DNA from: a virus
Taxonomy: Duplodnaviria; Caudoviricetes
Virus record (IMG/VR): IMGVR_UViG_3300046727_000401
Location: 782-64,781 of that record
Length of the DNA stretch: 64,000 nt
Strand: one strand, 5' to 3'
The notes beneath the pieces were generated by a model. It searched no databases, was not told where the DNA came from, and saw only the letters and a program-made list of their open reading frames with translations. Of this stretch, positions 55,765 to 64,000 are shown one piece after another (position 1 is the first letter of the stretch; every line of letters starts with the position of its first letter). The translations under genes and the position numbers were made by a program.

Positions 55765-56510
55765 CCGAGCTCTCCATCCACGCCGAAGGACAGCGCGGTC
55801 TCCGCCTCCGTCATGTGGTCATGCGTGCAGGTCTCCGCGCCGAGCAGCTTGCAGTTCTCTGACGTGAGCGACCCCGATGCCGAGCTGTGCTGCTCGCGCA
55901 GCGCCTTGCAGTTGCACGGGAACGCCCGGTCGAAGATTCCGGACAGCGGCTCGCGGCCTTCCGCCTTCTCGATGACCTTCGCGGCGTCGCGGATCAGCTC
56001 GACCGACAGCGGGCGCGGCGGCGGATATTGGACCAACGTCGGCGCGAGCGAGCGGTCGATGCCAACGAACCCCCTACCGCGTGATTCCTCCACGCTGTTG
56101 TCGCCCATATAGTAGAGCCCGCACTTCGGGCATGGATCCGGCATCAGGTCGGCATCAGGGGTATCGCTGTTCGCGAGGTGCAGGCACGCCCGCACTTCGC
56201 GCATGGCATCGCGCGCGGTCTCGGCCAGCTGTTCCGCGAGCGGACGCGAGATGTCCCAGGCCCAGGCGTCGCCCTGGTCTCCGGTGGAGATCCTGTGCGA
56301 CCCGAGCGGCAACTCGTAGAGGGCCTCGCCCTCGGCCAAGCCACCGTGGACCGCGATCATCCGCCCCGCCGCAACGTCCACCTCCGGCTCCTTGGCCTTT
56401 CCGAGGGACAGTAGCTGCCCGCAGTCCGCGCACTGCTTGAACCATCGGGGTCCTTCGGAGCGCTTCTTGTGCCTGCACTGCGCCAACTTGTCACGCCTAC
56501 GTTTCGCCAT
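55761..56510 (-). CDS. Multi-Zn-finger protein with capsid-like segment
   Basis: CADC, CPKC, CNC; GFVGIDRS...RPLSVELIRDAAKVIEKAEG; GGAG SD. Confidence 0.65.
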   Translation of the reverse strand: MAKRRRDKLAQCRHKKRSEGPRWFKQCADCGQLLSLGKAKEPEVDVAAGRMIAVHGGLAEGEALYELPLGSHRISTGDQGDAWAWDISRPLAEQLAETARDAMREVRACLHLANSDTPDADLMPDPCPKCGLYYMGDNSVEESRGRGFVGIDRSLAPTLVQYPPPRPLSVELIRDAAKVIEKAEGREPLSGIFDRAFPCNCKALREQHSSASGSLTSENCKLLGAETCTHDHMTEAETALSFGVDGELG

Positions 56511-56531
56511 AAGTGCTCCATTTCATTGATA

Positions 56532-56951
56532 TTATTCTCCACGGACTCGGAGAAGAGCTGGAAAACATTCCCTGAGACTTCGGGCACCTAGGATACGGTG
56601 CCTGTAGACTTCGTGGCGCTGAGACCAGCGCATGACGACCGCGATCTGCCGCCAATCGCGGCAGTCTAACTGGTTGATTTTATCCAGCTCGATCGCCCAC
56701 TGCTGAATCAGAACATCGCGTAATCGTTGAGTTCCTATAGCGACGACGTGAGCCGGGTTGTTCTCACGTAGTAGTGATGCGAGCTCTCGCGCCAGTTCGA
56801 GCGCCTGAGCAGACGGGAGATCGCCGACCCACACGCCTTGCCTGATTTGCCGTCCAGGGCTTCGCAGGTACGATCCATCTGGCTCGGCGGCATCTTCCTG
56901 CACCCCCCCATCTCGCGCTCTCCTGCGCGAGCCTGTGCGGTCGTCGCTCAC
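56532..56951 (-). CDS. Stand-alone phage replication-protein C-terminal-like domain
   Basis: WAIELDKINQLDCRDWRQIAVVMRWSQ...YRHRILGARSLRECF; lower GC. Confidence 0.5.
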   Translation of the reverse strand: MSDDRTGSRRRARDGGVQEDAAEPDGSYLRSPGRQIRQGVWVGDLPSAQALELARELASLLRENNPAHVVAIGTQRLRDVLIQQWAIELDKINQLDCRDWRQIAVVMRWSQRHEVYRHRILGARSLRECFPALLRVRGE

Positions 56952-57553
56952 GTGGACTTCCTGAGAATCTCGCCGATCAGCTGGCCGATGGGCTTGGCCG
57001 ATTGGTCTTCGATCCGTTGGAGCTCTTGCTTCGCGCGCAGCTGGCGGACTGCCGGGAGGCTTTCGCTGAGCTGTGATCGGCGCCGCGTTGCCGCGAGGTG
57101 GTCGTAGAGCTCGATGAACCGAGCGCGGTCGGCGACCTGATTTTCCGACGAGCACAGCTCGACCCAGTCCATCGCGGACACGGCTTCAGCGACGAGCGGA
57201 TCCGGGAATGTGAAGTCGACGCCGGGCGAGCGCATGTAGCCGTAGCGTCGGATCGCCTTGACGACGTCGCCCCACGCCGAGCCGCCGGGCCGAACTTCTC
57301 CGACGGTGAGCGCGAGCGCTGCCTCGCGGATCTCGGCGACCGTCGGCGGGAAGTTGGGCTTCGTCGCCAGCAGCCGCTCGAGCGCGGCGAGAGCCGTTTC
57401 GTAGTCCAGATCCCGCAACATGTGCTCGTAGGCGTTCGAGGTTCCGGGGGAGTCCGGTCCGCCATCGATCCCCGGCGTCGTCGGGATCCATCGCGCGTTC
57501 GGGTAACTCACCATGAGCACGGCCACGACTTCGGCAACCTGGGAATTGTTCAT
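56948..57553 (-). CDS. Replicative helicase loader/inhibitor (G39P-like)
   Basis: SYP, LRDLDY, FPPTVAEIR, AW..V..AIRRYG, RARF...Y. Confidence 0.8.
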   Translation of the reverse strand: MNNSQVAEVVAVLMVSYPNARWIPTTPGIDGGPDSPGTSNAYEHMLRDLDYETALAALERLLATKPNFPPTVAEIREAALALTVGEVRPGGSAWGDVVKAIRRYGYMRSPGVDFTFPDPLVAEAVSAMDWVELCSSENQVADRARFIELYDHLAATRRRSQLSESLPAVRQLRAKQELQRIEDQSAKPIGQLIGEILRKST

Positions 57554-58470
57554 TTGTTCTCAGCCCTTTCCTGTGCTTTGAGCATGGCGATCCGCTCCAT
57601 CTGCAGCTCGATCGGACTCTTGGCTCGCTGCGGTCCGGATCGCCCGTTGCCGTGCCCGTTGAGTGTTCCATTTGCGAAACGAACCGCGTTGCCGAGCCAG
57701 GTCCGGAATGCCGCGTCCCAGTCGACGAACATCGAGCCCTTGGCCGCGTGGTGATCGCGAAACCGATCGAGCTCGGCGGGGAGCTGCAGGTGCATGGCTG
57801 CGGCCTTGTCGATCTCCTGCTGCCTGGGTGTCCACTCAGGTGGCATGCGGTGTGCCGCTACCTGTACCCGTGGTTTACGCGCGCGCGCGTTGATTTGCTT
57901 GGGAGGATTCGCTTGCGAATCCGAATCCGGGGAGAGCGCTAGCTCTCCGGATACTGTTCCTGTTCCGGATACTGTTCCGGATACTGATACTGTATGAAAG
58001 GGGTCGGCAACCCCGTCGGCAACCCCTTCCTGGATCCCGTTGGGGAAGGGGTTGTGGACCCCCTTGGTAAAGAGGTTCCTCCAGCCTTTGCAAGCTATTT
58101 CAAGAGCTTGCCAGATTTCAAATTTCATGCCACAGTGTGGAACGTCGTCCCATGACTTCGCGATCGCCGCGATGTGGTTCGGTCCTTGGATGGGCTGGTA
58201 AGTAAGAGCTTTTCTGAGCCAGATGAGGCGTTCGTGGATGGAAACCCCAAGCCCCTTGGCGAGGAGTTCCCGGAACCCTTCCCCGACCCCTTCCGGTCTC
58301 CACCCGATCTGCTCTGCGATCGCCATCTCCCCCGCGATGATCACCCCGGGGATAGGGAGCATGAACGGAGATGTAAGCAGATATAGCCAAAGTAACTTCC
58401 CTCGGTCTGTGAGGGCCGCGACCTTGCGGTCGTTCCAGAGCCGGACGTCGACCGGGCGCCATTTCGCCAC
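57550..58470 (-). CDS. Phage replication initiator with DnaT-like C-terminal domain
   Basis: LWND...KLLWLYLLT; PPEWTP...FRDHH..KG....DWDAAFRTW. Confidence 0.8.
   Translation of the reverse strand: MAKWRPVDVRLWNDRKVAALTDRGKLLWLYLLTSPFMLPIPGVIIAGEMAIAEQIGWRPEGVGEGFRELLAKGLGVSIHERLIWLRKALTYQPIQGPNHIAAIAKSWDDVPHCGMKFEIWQALEIACKGWRNLFTKGVHNPFPNGIQEGVADGVADPFHTVSVSGTVSGTGTVSGELALSPDSDSQANPPKQINARARKPRVQVAAHRMPPEWTPRQQEIDKAAAMHLQLPAELDRFRDHHAAKGSMFVDWDAAFRTWLGNAVRFANGTLNGHGNGRSGPQRAKSPIELQMERIAMLKAQERAENK
57905..58030. repeat. Candidate replication origin: hairpins and iteron-like repeats inside initiator
   Basis: GGATTCGC/GCGAATCC and GGAGAGC/GCTCTCC hairpins; CCGGATACTG x3; TCGGCAACCCC x2. Confidence 0.55.
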
Positions 58471-58471
58471 G

Positions 58472-58705
58472 TCAGGCCGCCTTGCTGGCGCTCGCCGCGT
58501 CGATCCTTGCGAGCCGTTCCTCTACCGCGCGACGGATGAACTCAGAGCGGCTGATCTCGCCGAGCGTCTCCGCGGCAGCGTCGATCGCGTTCACCATGGT
58601 GCCCGGCAGCGCGGTGGACACAGGGACCGTGCATTCCAGCGAGGGAGCGTCGAGCCTCATCCGGGGCTTGAGGTTCCGCCGTCTTCGTCCTACGCGCTTG
58701 GCCAT
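58472..58705 (-). CDS. Ribbon-helix-helix (CopG-like) regulator
   Basis: VSTALP...AIDAAA...ISRSEFIRRAV. Confidence 0.8.
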   Translation of the reverse strand: MAKRVGRRRRNLKPRMRLDAPSLECTVPVSTALPGTMVNAIDAAAETLGEISRSEFIRRAVEERLARIDAASASKAA

Positions 58706-58766
58706 ATTCTGGAACAGTGCGCCGACAGGACAGCTGTGTCAAGGGCGCTCGTGCTACCGTGGGACT

Positions 58767-58919
58767 ATGAAGCGCCAACCCACACGTCTCCGCCTCAACC
58801 GCGAATCCATCCGCTCCTTGGCAGCATCTGACCTGCAGGTCGCCGCTGGGCTGCTGTTCTCCAACCCCGTCATAAGCTGCGACAGCTGCACAGGCTGCGG
58901 GTGCAAGCCGCCGGGGTAG
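58767..58919 (+). CDS. Lanthipeptide/RiPP precursor-like peptide 3 (50 aa)
   Basis: MKRQPTRLRLNRESIRSLAASDLQVAAG/LLFSNPVISCDSCTGCGCKPPG; TGC-TACCGT-6-ATG. Confidence 0.7.
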   Translation: MKRQPTRLRLNRESIRSLAASDLQVAAGLLFSNPVISCDSCTGCGCKPPG

Positions 58920-58920
58920 A

Positions 58921-59145
58921 TCAGGTCCACGCGGCGAGCAGCCGGATCAGCGCGTCGTAGGTCTTCGGATGCTCGGTGCGCGCGTGATCGGTCCCGCAGA
59001 ACCGGCGCAGCGTGGCGAGGTCGGCGGCGCTCGGCGGGTCCTGGTTCTCGGCGACATGCTGGTCGAGCGCCGGAGAGAGCTCCGGGACCGCAGCATCGCA
59101 TGCAGCGTCCCATCCAGCACGGTATGCGCGCTCGATCGGACTCAC
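58921..59145 (-). CDS. Hypothetical protein
   Basis: AYRAGWDAA; GTGA overlap. Confidence 0.55.
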   Translation of the reverse strand: MSPIERAYRAGWDAACDAAVPELSPALDQHVAENQDPPSAADLATLRRFCGTDHARTEHPKTYDALIRLLAAWT

Positions 59146-59486
59146 GGGGTGACCTCTGCCGCGGGCTGCTTGCGGGGCTTGCGCTTCCTCGCCCGCTTGG
59201 GCGCCGCCGCGCGCGGCCTGCCCTTGACCTGGTCCCAGCTCGCCGAGCTCACCTTGTTTTTGGTGAACGCGGCGATCTTGTTCGCCAGCTGGCGACCGGG
59301 CTTGAAGTAGGCGTTGCGCATGTTGTAGACGCTCGAGTCGGACAGACCGAGACCCTCGGCAACCTCCTTCGGCGTGAGCCCGCAGGTCGCGAGCCACTCG
59401 CTGAACGCGTTGCCAGGCGCGCGGCTGTCCCGTGGGCGCCCGCCGGGGCCTGCCTTGTCCGTCAGAGGTAGCGATCTGAGTGCCAT
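59142..59486 (-). CDS. XRE/Cro-like HTH regulator
   Basis: GLTPKEVAEGLGLSDSSVYNMRN...PG..LA.KI...T...V...SW; TTGACG promoter. Confidence 0.8.
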   Translation of the reverse strand: MALRSLPLTDKAGPGGRPRDSRAPGNAFSEWLATCGLTPKEVAEGLGLSDSSVYNMRNAYFKPGRQLANKIAAFTKNKVSSASWDQVKGRPRAAAPKRARKRKPRKQPAAEVTP

Positions 59487-59527
59487 AGCACTGTTTACCG
59501 CATCGCTGTAGGGATCGTCAAGGTCGC

Positions 59528-59854
59528 TCACCACGTGCCGATCTTGCCGGCGCGCGGGCTGTCGGCCCCGCACCACTCCACGCGGTGAATGAATCGATCC
59601 TCTGTCGCGAGCCAGGTCAGGCCCTCGGCGACCGGATCGACGTGCTGCGCGAGGGGCCCGAGCCGGCATCGCATGCCGAGCACGGTGTTGCCGATCGTGA
59701 TCGGCTCGACCTTGAAGAATCCGATCCACGCCTCGGCGGACTTGAGCACGGCGGCGAACTCCCAGGCGATCTCGCCGATCGAGCCCAGGAGGATGACCTC
59801 GAGCGTCCCGTCCGGGGCGGGGAACAGCCAGATTCGGCGGGTCGGCGGGGTCAT
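59528..59854 (-). CDS. Hypothetical protein
   Basis: ATGA overlap. Confidence 0.55.
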   Translation of the reverse strand: MTPPTRRIWLFPAPDGTLEVILLGSIGEIAWEFAAVLKSAEAWIGFFKVEPITIGNTVLGMRCRLGPLAQHVDPVAEGLTWLATEDRFIHRVEWCGADSPRAGKIGTW

Positions 59855-60429
59855 CGCCCGGCCTCAGCGACAGCCGCCGTCGCCTCCGCAAGCTCCTTCC
59901 AGTAGTCGCGCTCACGCCGCCGAGCCTCGCTCTCGTCGATCAGCGCAGCGATGCTCCGCTGATTCGCCGTGATCGTCACGATGCATTCGTCGTAGCGACG
60001 GTGCCAGGCGTCCCGCTCGGCCTCCACGCGTTGCAGCTCGAGCCGGGTCGGGCGCTGCTGCGCGAGCCACCGGATGCGGCCGGCCAGGTCGAGCGGGCGG
60101 TAGACCTCGGCGGTGTTCACGGCGTACGGCACGCCTGCGTCGTCGAGCGCCTTGCTCGCGGCCTGGTAGAGCTCGGTGAGCTCCACGACCTCGGGATCGC
60201 CGTCCGAGAGCACGCGGACGATCGCGGTTGTGGCGATCGCGGAGTGCTGCTCCGCCGGCCGGTTGGCGGCGACATCATCGAGAGAGGTGAGCGCAGCCGC
60301 GCGCATCGCGTCGATCGGCAGGCGCTCGAGCAGCTCCCTGGCGATATCGTCGAATCCCGGGACGTCGCCCATCGAGAGCCCATCCCACGACGCAGCGAGC
60401 GCCTCCGAGATCCAGCGCGGCGCGGTCAC
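59851..60429 (-). CDS. Hypothetical coiled-coil protein
   Basis: GTGA overlap. Confidence 0.6.
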   Translation of the reverse strand: MTAPRWISEALAASWDGLSMGDVPGFDDIARELLERLPIDAMRAAALTSLDDVAANRPAEQHSAIATTAIVRVLSDGDPEVVELTELYQAASKALDDAGVPYAVNTAEVYRPLDLAGRIRWLAQQRPTRLELQRVEAERDAWHRRYDECIVTITANQRSIAALIDESEARRRERDYWKELAEATAAVAEAGR

Positions 60430-60752
60430 GATGCACCGACCGGAACGTGAAAGTACAGCGCAACGTGCGCTTGGTCGGGCGCACCCACGGGGAATCCGTA
60501 GGTCACCGCCGGCGTGGTCTTCGAGCCGAACCCAGCCGCGACGAGCGCGACAGCGATGGCCTTGCTGACCTGCACTCCGAGGTCGAACGAGCCGGCCTGC
60601 AGGGTGAAGCACCAGCATCCAGGATAGGCACCGGCGTCCGACGCGTGGTCCCCGGTGACCGTGGCGTCCTCGTAGTAGATCGTCTGCACGATCGTGGCGC
60701 GGGCCAACGCGATCCGCTCGTAGCGGGTCTCGGGAAGTTTCGAGTTCGTCAT
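60426..60752 (-). CDS. Hypothetical protein
   Basis: GTAGCGGTGCTATAAAC promoter, 6 nt to ATG. Confidence 0.65.
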   Translation of the reverse strand: MTNSKLPETRYERIALARATIVQTIYYEDATVTGDHASDAGAYPGCWCFTLQAGSFDLGVQVSKAIAVALVAAGFGSKTTPAVTYGFPVGAPDQAHVALYFHVPVGAS

Positions 60753-60799
60753 GCTCTGTTTATAGCACCGCTACTCAGCGATGCAAGAGCAAAACGACG

Positions 60800-62095
60800 C
60801 TACTCGCCGCGGCCGGCGGACGAGCAGGCATCGCAAAGCGCGCCAGCCATGTCCGACTTCGGGACCTCGATCGTGTCGCTGCAGCCCGCGCAGGTGCGGT
60901 ACTCGTTGCCCTCCGCCGGAGGTGGGGTGCCGGGCGGCAGGTCGGCCATCGGCATCGCCTGCTGCACGGGCGGCGGTGCGGCGGGGGCCTGCTTGCTGGT
61001 GAGGGCGCCCTTGAGCGCGGCGGTGCCCTTGCCCGAGCTGATGCGCAGCCCGGTGCGCGGCAGGTCAGCCGGCGGAGTGGGCTCGCGTGGCTTGGCCTGC
61101 TCGGCGGGGACGGCGGGAACGCCGGGCGGTGGACCCTGCGGGGTAGCTGCGGGCGCCGGCGAAGCGCCTCCGTTGGTCGCGGGCTTCGCTGCGGGCTTGA
61201 CCTCGCCATCCGCCGCCACCTCCTTGAGCGCGTCGGCCCACGTGGTCTCGCCGTCGCGGATCGCCGCGAACAGCCCGCGCAAGTCGTCGAGCTCGGCCGG
61301 GCTGATCGTATCGGTGCTGTGCCCGAGCCACTGCTCCAGCGCCGCCGGTTTCACGCCGATCGAGCCGAACGCGTCGAACAGCTTGTTGCGCGCCGCCGCC
61401 GGGTCCGCGGCGTCCGCCTTGCTCGCGACGTCCTTGCAGAGCCGGCGTGCCTCATCCTGCAGGTGGCCCGGGATGATGCGGAGGATGCCGGTGCGGCTCG
61501 CCTTGCTGATCTCGGCGTTCTGCTTGGTCCTCACGTCGTCGTCGGTGGCCTCGACGATAAACACGCGGTCCCCATACGAGTTGACGCGCTCGCCGAGCGG
61601 CTTCTGTCCGCGGTTGAGCTTCCGGCGCTCGACGGTCTTGTTGATGGTGATGTCGGTCTGCCACATGGAGTTCCGCTCGTAGTCCACCACCTTGACGCGG
61701 ATGCAGCGCACGGCCGGGTCGTCGTAGATGGTCTCGCTGGACGCGGACATGTTGCCCGAACACCGCATCGCGACCTCGGCGAAGCGGATCGAGAGCCCCT
61801 CGATCTTCTTCTCGCCGCGCGGCAGGCTGTAGATCGCCACCGCTGCGAACCCCGGCCGCTTGCACTCGGCGATCAGGTCCTGGCGAACCTGGTCCAGGTT
61901 GCGCGGCCATCTCTTCGCCATGATGCACGCCGCCTCGATCTCGGCGCGGGACTTGGCGACCATCGCCTCGATCGCCCCGTTCTGCGTGGCGAGGCTGCCG
62001 CCCTGGAAGTCCTGGCGGGCGATCTGGTTGTTGCCGCGCTGCGTGGTGAGCGCGCCGGCCGGCTCGTCGGTATAGTCCTGTTCCTCGTCGGTCAT
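60800..62095 (-). CDS. Putative single-strand annealing/recombination protein
   Basis: AKRWPR, YSLPRG..KIEGLSIRFAE, SKASR..ILRIIP; coupled to YqaJ gene. Confidence 0.7.
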   Translation of the reverse strand: MTDEEQDYTDEPAGALTTQRGNNQIARQDFQGGSLATQNGAIEAMVAKSRAEIEAACIMAKRWPRNLDQVRQDLIAECKRPGFAAVAIYSLPRGEKKIEGLSIRFAEVAMRCSGNMSASSETIYDDPAVRCIRVKVVDYERNSMWQTDITINKTVERRKLNRGQKPLGERVNSYGDRVFIVEATDDDVRTKQNAEISKASRTGILRIIPGHLQDEARRLCKDVASKADAADPAAARNKLFDAFGSIGVKPAALEQWLGHSTDTISPAELDDLRGLFAAIRDGETTWADALKEVAADGEVKPAAKPATNGGASPAPAATPQGPPPGVPAVPAEQAKPREPTPPADLPRTGLRISSGKGTAALKGALTSKQAPAAPPPVQQAMPMADLPPGTPPPAEGNEYRTCAGCSDTIEVPKSDMAGALCDACSSAGRGE

Positions 62096-63249
62096 TCCTG
62101 CTCCTCGCCCTTCGGGGCTTTCCATGTTCGTGGGTAACAAAGCGGACGCTTGCCGGGAATTTCGTGGGTGTACGCCGCGTCCGTCCGCGACGCGACCTCT
62201 TCGAGCGACGTTTGTAGCACAGAAACGAGCTCACGGATCTCGCCGGCAGTCATCGCCGCGCGCGAGTTCGGACCGACCGGCGTGTGCTCGCCCATGACCT
62301 GCAGGCAGATCTTGGCCCGCTCGATGTCGGCGCGCTTGGCGGAGAGCGCCATCCGCGCATCGGTCCGCGCGTCGTTCGCGATGCCGGTGTAGTCGATCTT
62401 GCGCGACGCCTTGTTGCGCTTCCACGTCAGTTTCTCGGGCTTCCCCTTGGCGTTGTTCCAGGTCAACCCGGCATCTCCGGCGATCCGCAGCTTGAACCGC
62501 TGACCGATCGTCACCAGCTCGCGCTCGACATCGGCGCCCTGTTCGCGCAGCTCCTTCGCGCGGTCGATCAGCGCCAGCAGCTCGCGGTCCGCATCGGCCT
62601 TGAGCTCGATGAGCGCGTCCGTGTTCTTCTCGTGCCTCGCCTTGAGCCACGCGTCGAACGACTCCGACCCGTCCGGGTCCGGCACGGCGCCGCCGCGCAC
62701 GTTGTCGATCAGGAACCGCTCCGCGCGCTCGCGCAGGATGCCGATCAGCTCGTCGTCCCGGTCGATGATGTAATCGTTCGGCTGGCCGTCGATGAAGGCC
62801 ACCACGTCCCACCGGATCAACCCGGTGACCGCCATGCACCAGACGCACTGCACGAGCACGTACGGCGGAACCTCGTCGGAGCCGGGCGCCCCGTAGAGGT
62901 GGGCGAGCCGCACGGTGTGGCATTTGATCTCGAGGCCGCGCACGGGGTCGACGTCCTGGTAGCCGACGCCGTCCGGAGAGCAGAGCATCCACGGCGAGTC
63001 GGGGTGCTCGAGCGTGCCAGGGACCTCGATGCGCAGGCCGGTGCGCTCCTCGTAGTCCGCGCGGATGGGGCCTTCAAGAATATCCCCCCAGCGCGTACGG
63101 TCGTCTTCCTCGAACGGCGGCGCATCGCCGCGCTTGCTACGCCAGACGTCGATCGCCGAGCGGTAGGGGTGGGCACCGGCGATCGCCGCGCAGTCGGTGG
63201 CGGTGATCCCGCGCAGGCGCAACGCTAGCTGGTCGGGCGTGAGGGTCAT
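62092..63249 (-). CDS. YqaJ-family viral recombinase/exonuclease
   Basis: RGITATD, HPYRS, WG..LE, CSPDG, GLEIKC, VP.Y..VQC.W.M.VTG. Confidence 0.9.
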   Translation of the reverse strand: MTLTPDQLALRLRGITATDCAAIAGAHPYRSAIDVWRSKRGDAPPFEEDDRTRWGDILEGPIRADYEERTGLRIEVPGTLEHPDSPWMLCSPDGVGYQDVDPVRGLEIKCHTVRLAHLYGAPGSDEVPPYVLVQCVWCMAVTGLIRWDVVAFIDGQPNDYIIDRDDELIGILRERAERFLIDNVRGGAVPDPDGSESFDAWLKARHEKNTDALIELKADADRELLALIDRAKELREQGADVERELVTIGQRFKLRIAGDAGLTWNNAKGKPEKLTWKRNKASRKIDYTGIANDARTDARMALSAKRADIERAKICLQVMGEHTPVGPNSRAAMTAGEIRELVSVLQTSLEEVASRTDAAYTHEIPGKRPLCYPRTWKAPKGEEQE

Positions 63250-63470
63250 GGGATTCGTTCCGCGTGGCCGACTGAGTGCGCACCGGCGAAGATCTCGCCT
63301 CGCGCATGGAACGGGTCCCACGTGCACTCGATGTCGCGAGAGCGCAGGGCATTCATGCGTCTCACTTCGTTGTAGATCGACGATGCAACCCAGTCCCGGT
63401 CGCAATCGTCGGCGACTTCGATCTCTGAGGATTTCTTGTCACGGCCGACATCGTAGATCCTGATCTTCAT
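63246..63470 (-). CDS. Hypothetical protein
   Basis: TTGACT-16-TAAACT-7-ATG; F..VGRDKK-like start. Confidence 0.65.
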   Translation of the reverse strand: MKIRIYDVGRDKKSSEIEVADDCDRDWVASSIYNEVRRMNALRSRDIECTWDPFHARGEIFAGAHSVGHAERIP

Positions 63471-63508
63471 GCCGCACAGTTTACCGCACGGCTACGCAAA
63501 GTCAAGTC

Positions 63509-63682
63509 TCATCCCCACAGTCCGGACCTGAGAACCCACCAGCCCGCGCCGACCACGCCGGCCGCGAACAGGCCACCGGCGAGCCACCAGCTGACCCAGT
63601 AGCCGAGCGCGGCGAACGGGACGAACCCGAGCGTCACCGCGACCGCACCGCGCGCCAGGGCTGCGCGCTCGTGCCGGTTCAC
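63509..63682 (-). CDS. Small two-TM membrane protein (57 aa)
   Basis: Manual translation MNRHERAALARGAVAVTLGFVPFAALGYWVSWWLAGGLFAAGVVGAGWWVLRSGLWG; GTGA overlap. Confidence 0.55.
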   Translation of the reverse strand: MNRHERAALARGAVAVTLGFVPFAALGYWVSWWLAGGLFAAGVVGAGWWVLRSGLWG

Positions 63683-64000
63683 GGGGTGCCCGCGAGTACG
63701 AGCCGGCCGGTGTCCTTCGCGACCTTCGCGCGGACCTCGCCGAACGCGTCACGCTCGACCTCCGCGCGCCGGTGCAGGGTGAACGAGAACGACGGCCGTC
63801 CCTCGATGAGCGCGAACCGAACGCGCGACTCGATCGGATACCTCTTGCCACCATCGAACACAGGAATTCCGAGCATGAACGCGCGCGGGATCTGCGTGGA
63901 CTTGGCGTCCGTCTCCGTCTTGCAAACGAAGATCGAGTCTCCGTTAGTGGGGTTAACCTCGCGCTGGAATGTTCCCTTGGTGAGGATGTTCAGCGAGGGG
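63679..64000 (-). CDS. DUF2303/YfdQ-family protein, C-terminal part
   Basis: Frame open to window end; QIPRAFMLGIPVFDGG..Y.I..R.RF...AF......V......VLAGTP. Confidence 0.8.
   Translation of the reverse strand, partial: PSLNILTKGTFQREVNPTNGDSIFVCKTETDAKSTQIPRAFMLGIPVFDGGKRYPIESRVRFALIEGRPSFSFTLHRRAEVERDAFGEVRAKVAKDTGRLVLAGTP

Overview
The window is almost certainly a near-complete genome of a high-GC tailed phage with a contractile tail. The partial genes at the two ends look like the two halves of a normally adjacent YfdP/YfdQ(DUF2303) pair, so the genome is probably circular or permuted at about 65 kb. The minus strand carries recombination and replication genes (YqaJ exonuclease, annealing protein, initiator, helicase loader), a nucleotide/DNA-modification block, terminase, portal, head, neck, sheath/tube/tape measure, baseplate, enzymatic fibres and a holin-like gene. 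The plus strand carries a GH25 endolysin, RusA, HNH, DUF5131 and beta-clamp-like genes, plus many single genes inserted antisense. There is one initiator tRNA and one non-canonical tRNA. No integrase was recognised. Lipoprotein and peptide-leader styles suggest a myxobacterial host (inference). Main novelties: (1) small, mostly Zn-finger proteins carry short copies of virion-protein segments, most clearly an 18/23-identical copy of this phage's own tape-measure C-terminus diverged at synonymous sites; these are candidate decoys or assembly inhibitors. (2) Three dispersed orphan lanthipeptide-precursor-like peptides share a leader motif, one of them absent from the ORF track. (3) Many genes have apparently leaderless promoters with recurring phage-specific motifs. 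(4) One tRNA has an 8-nt anticodon loop. All family calls come from motifs recognised by eye; no searches were run.
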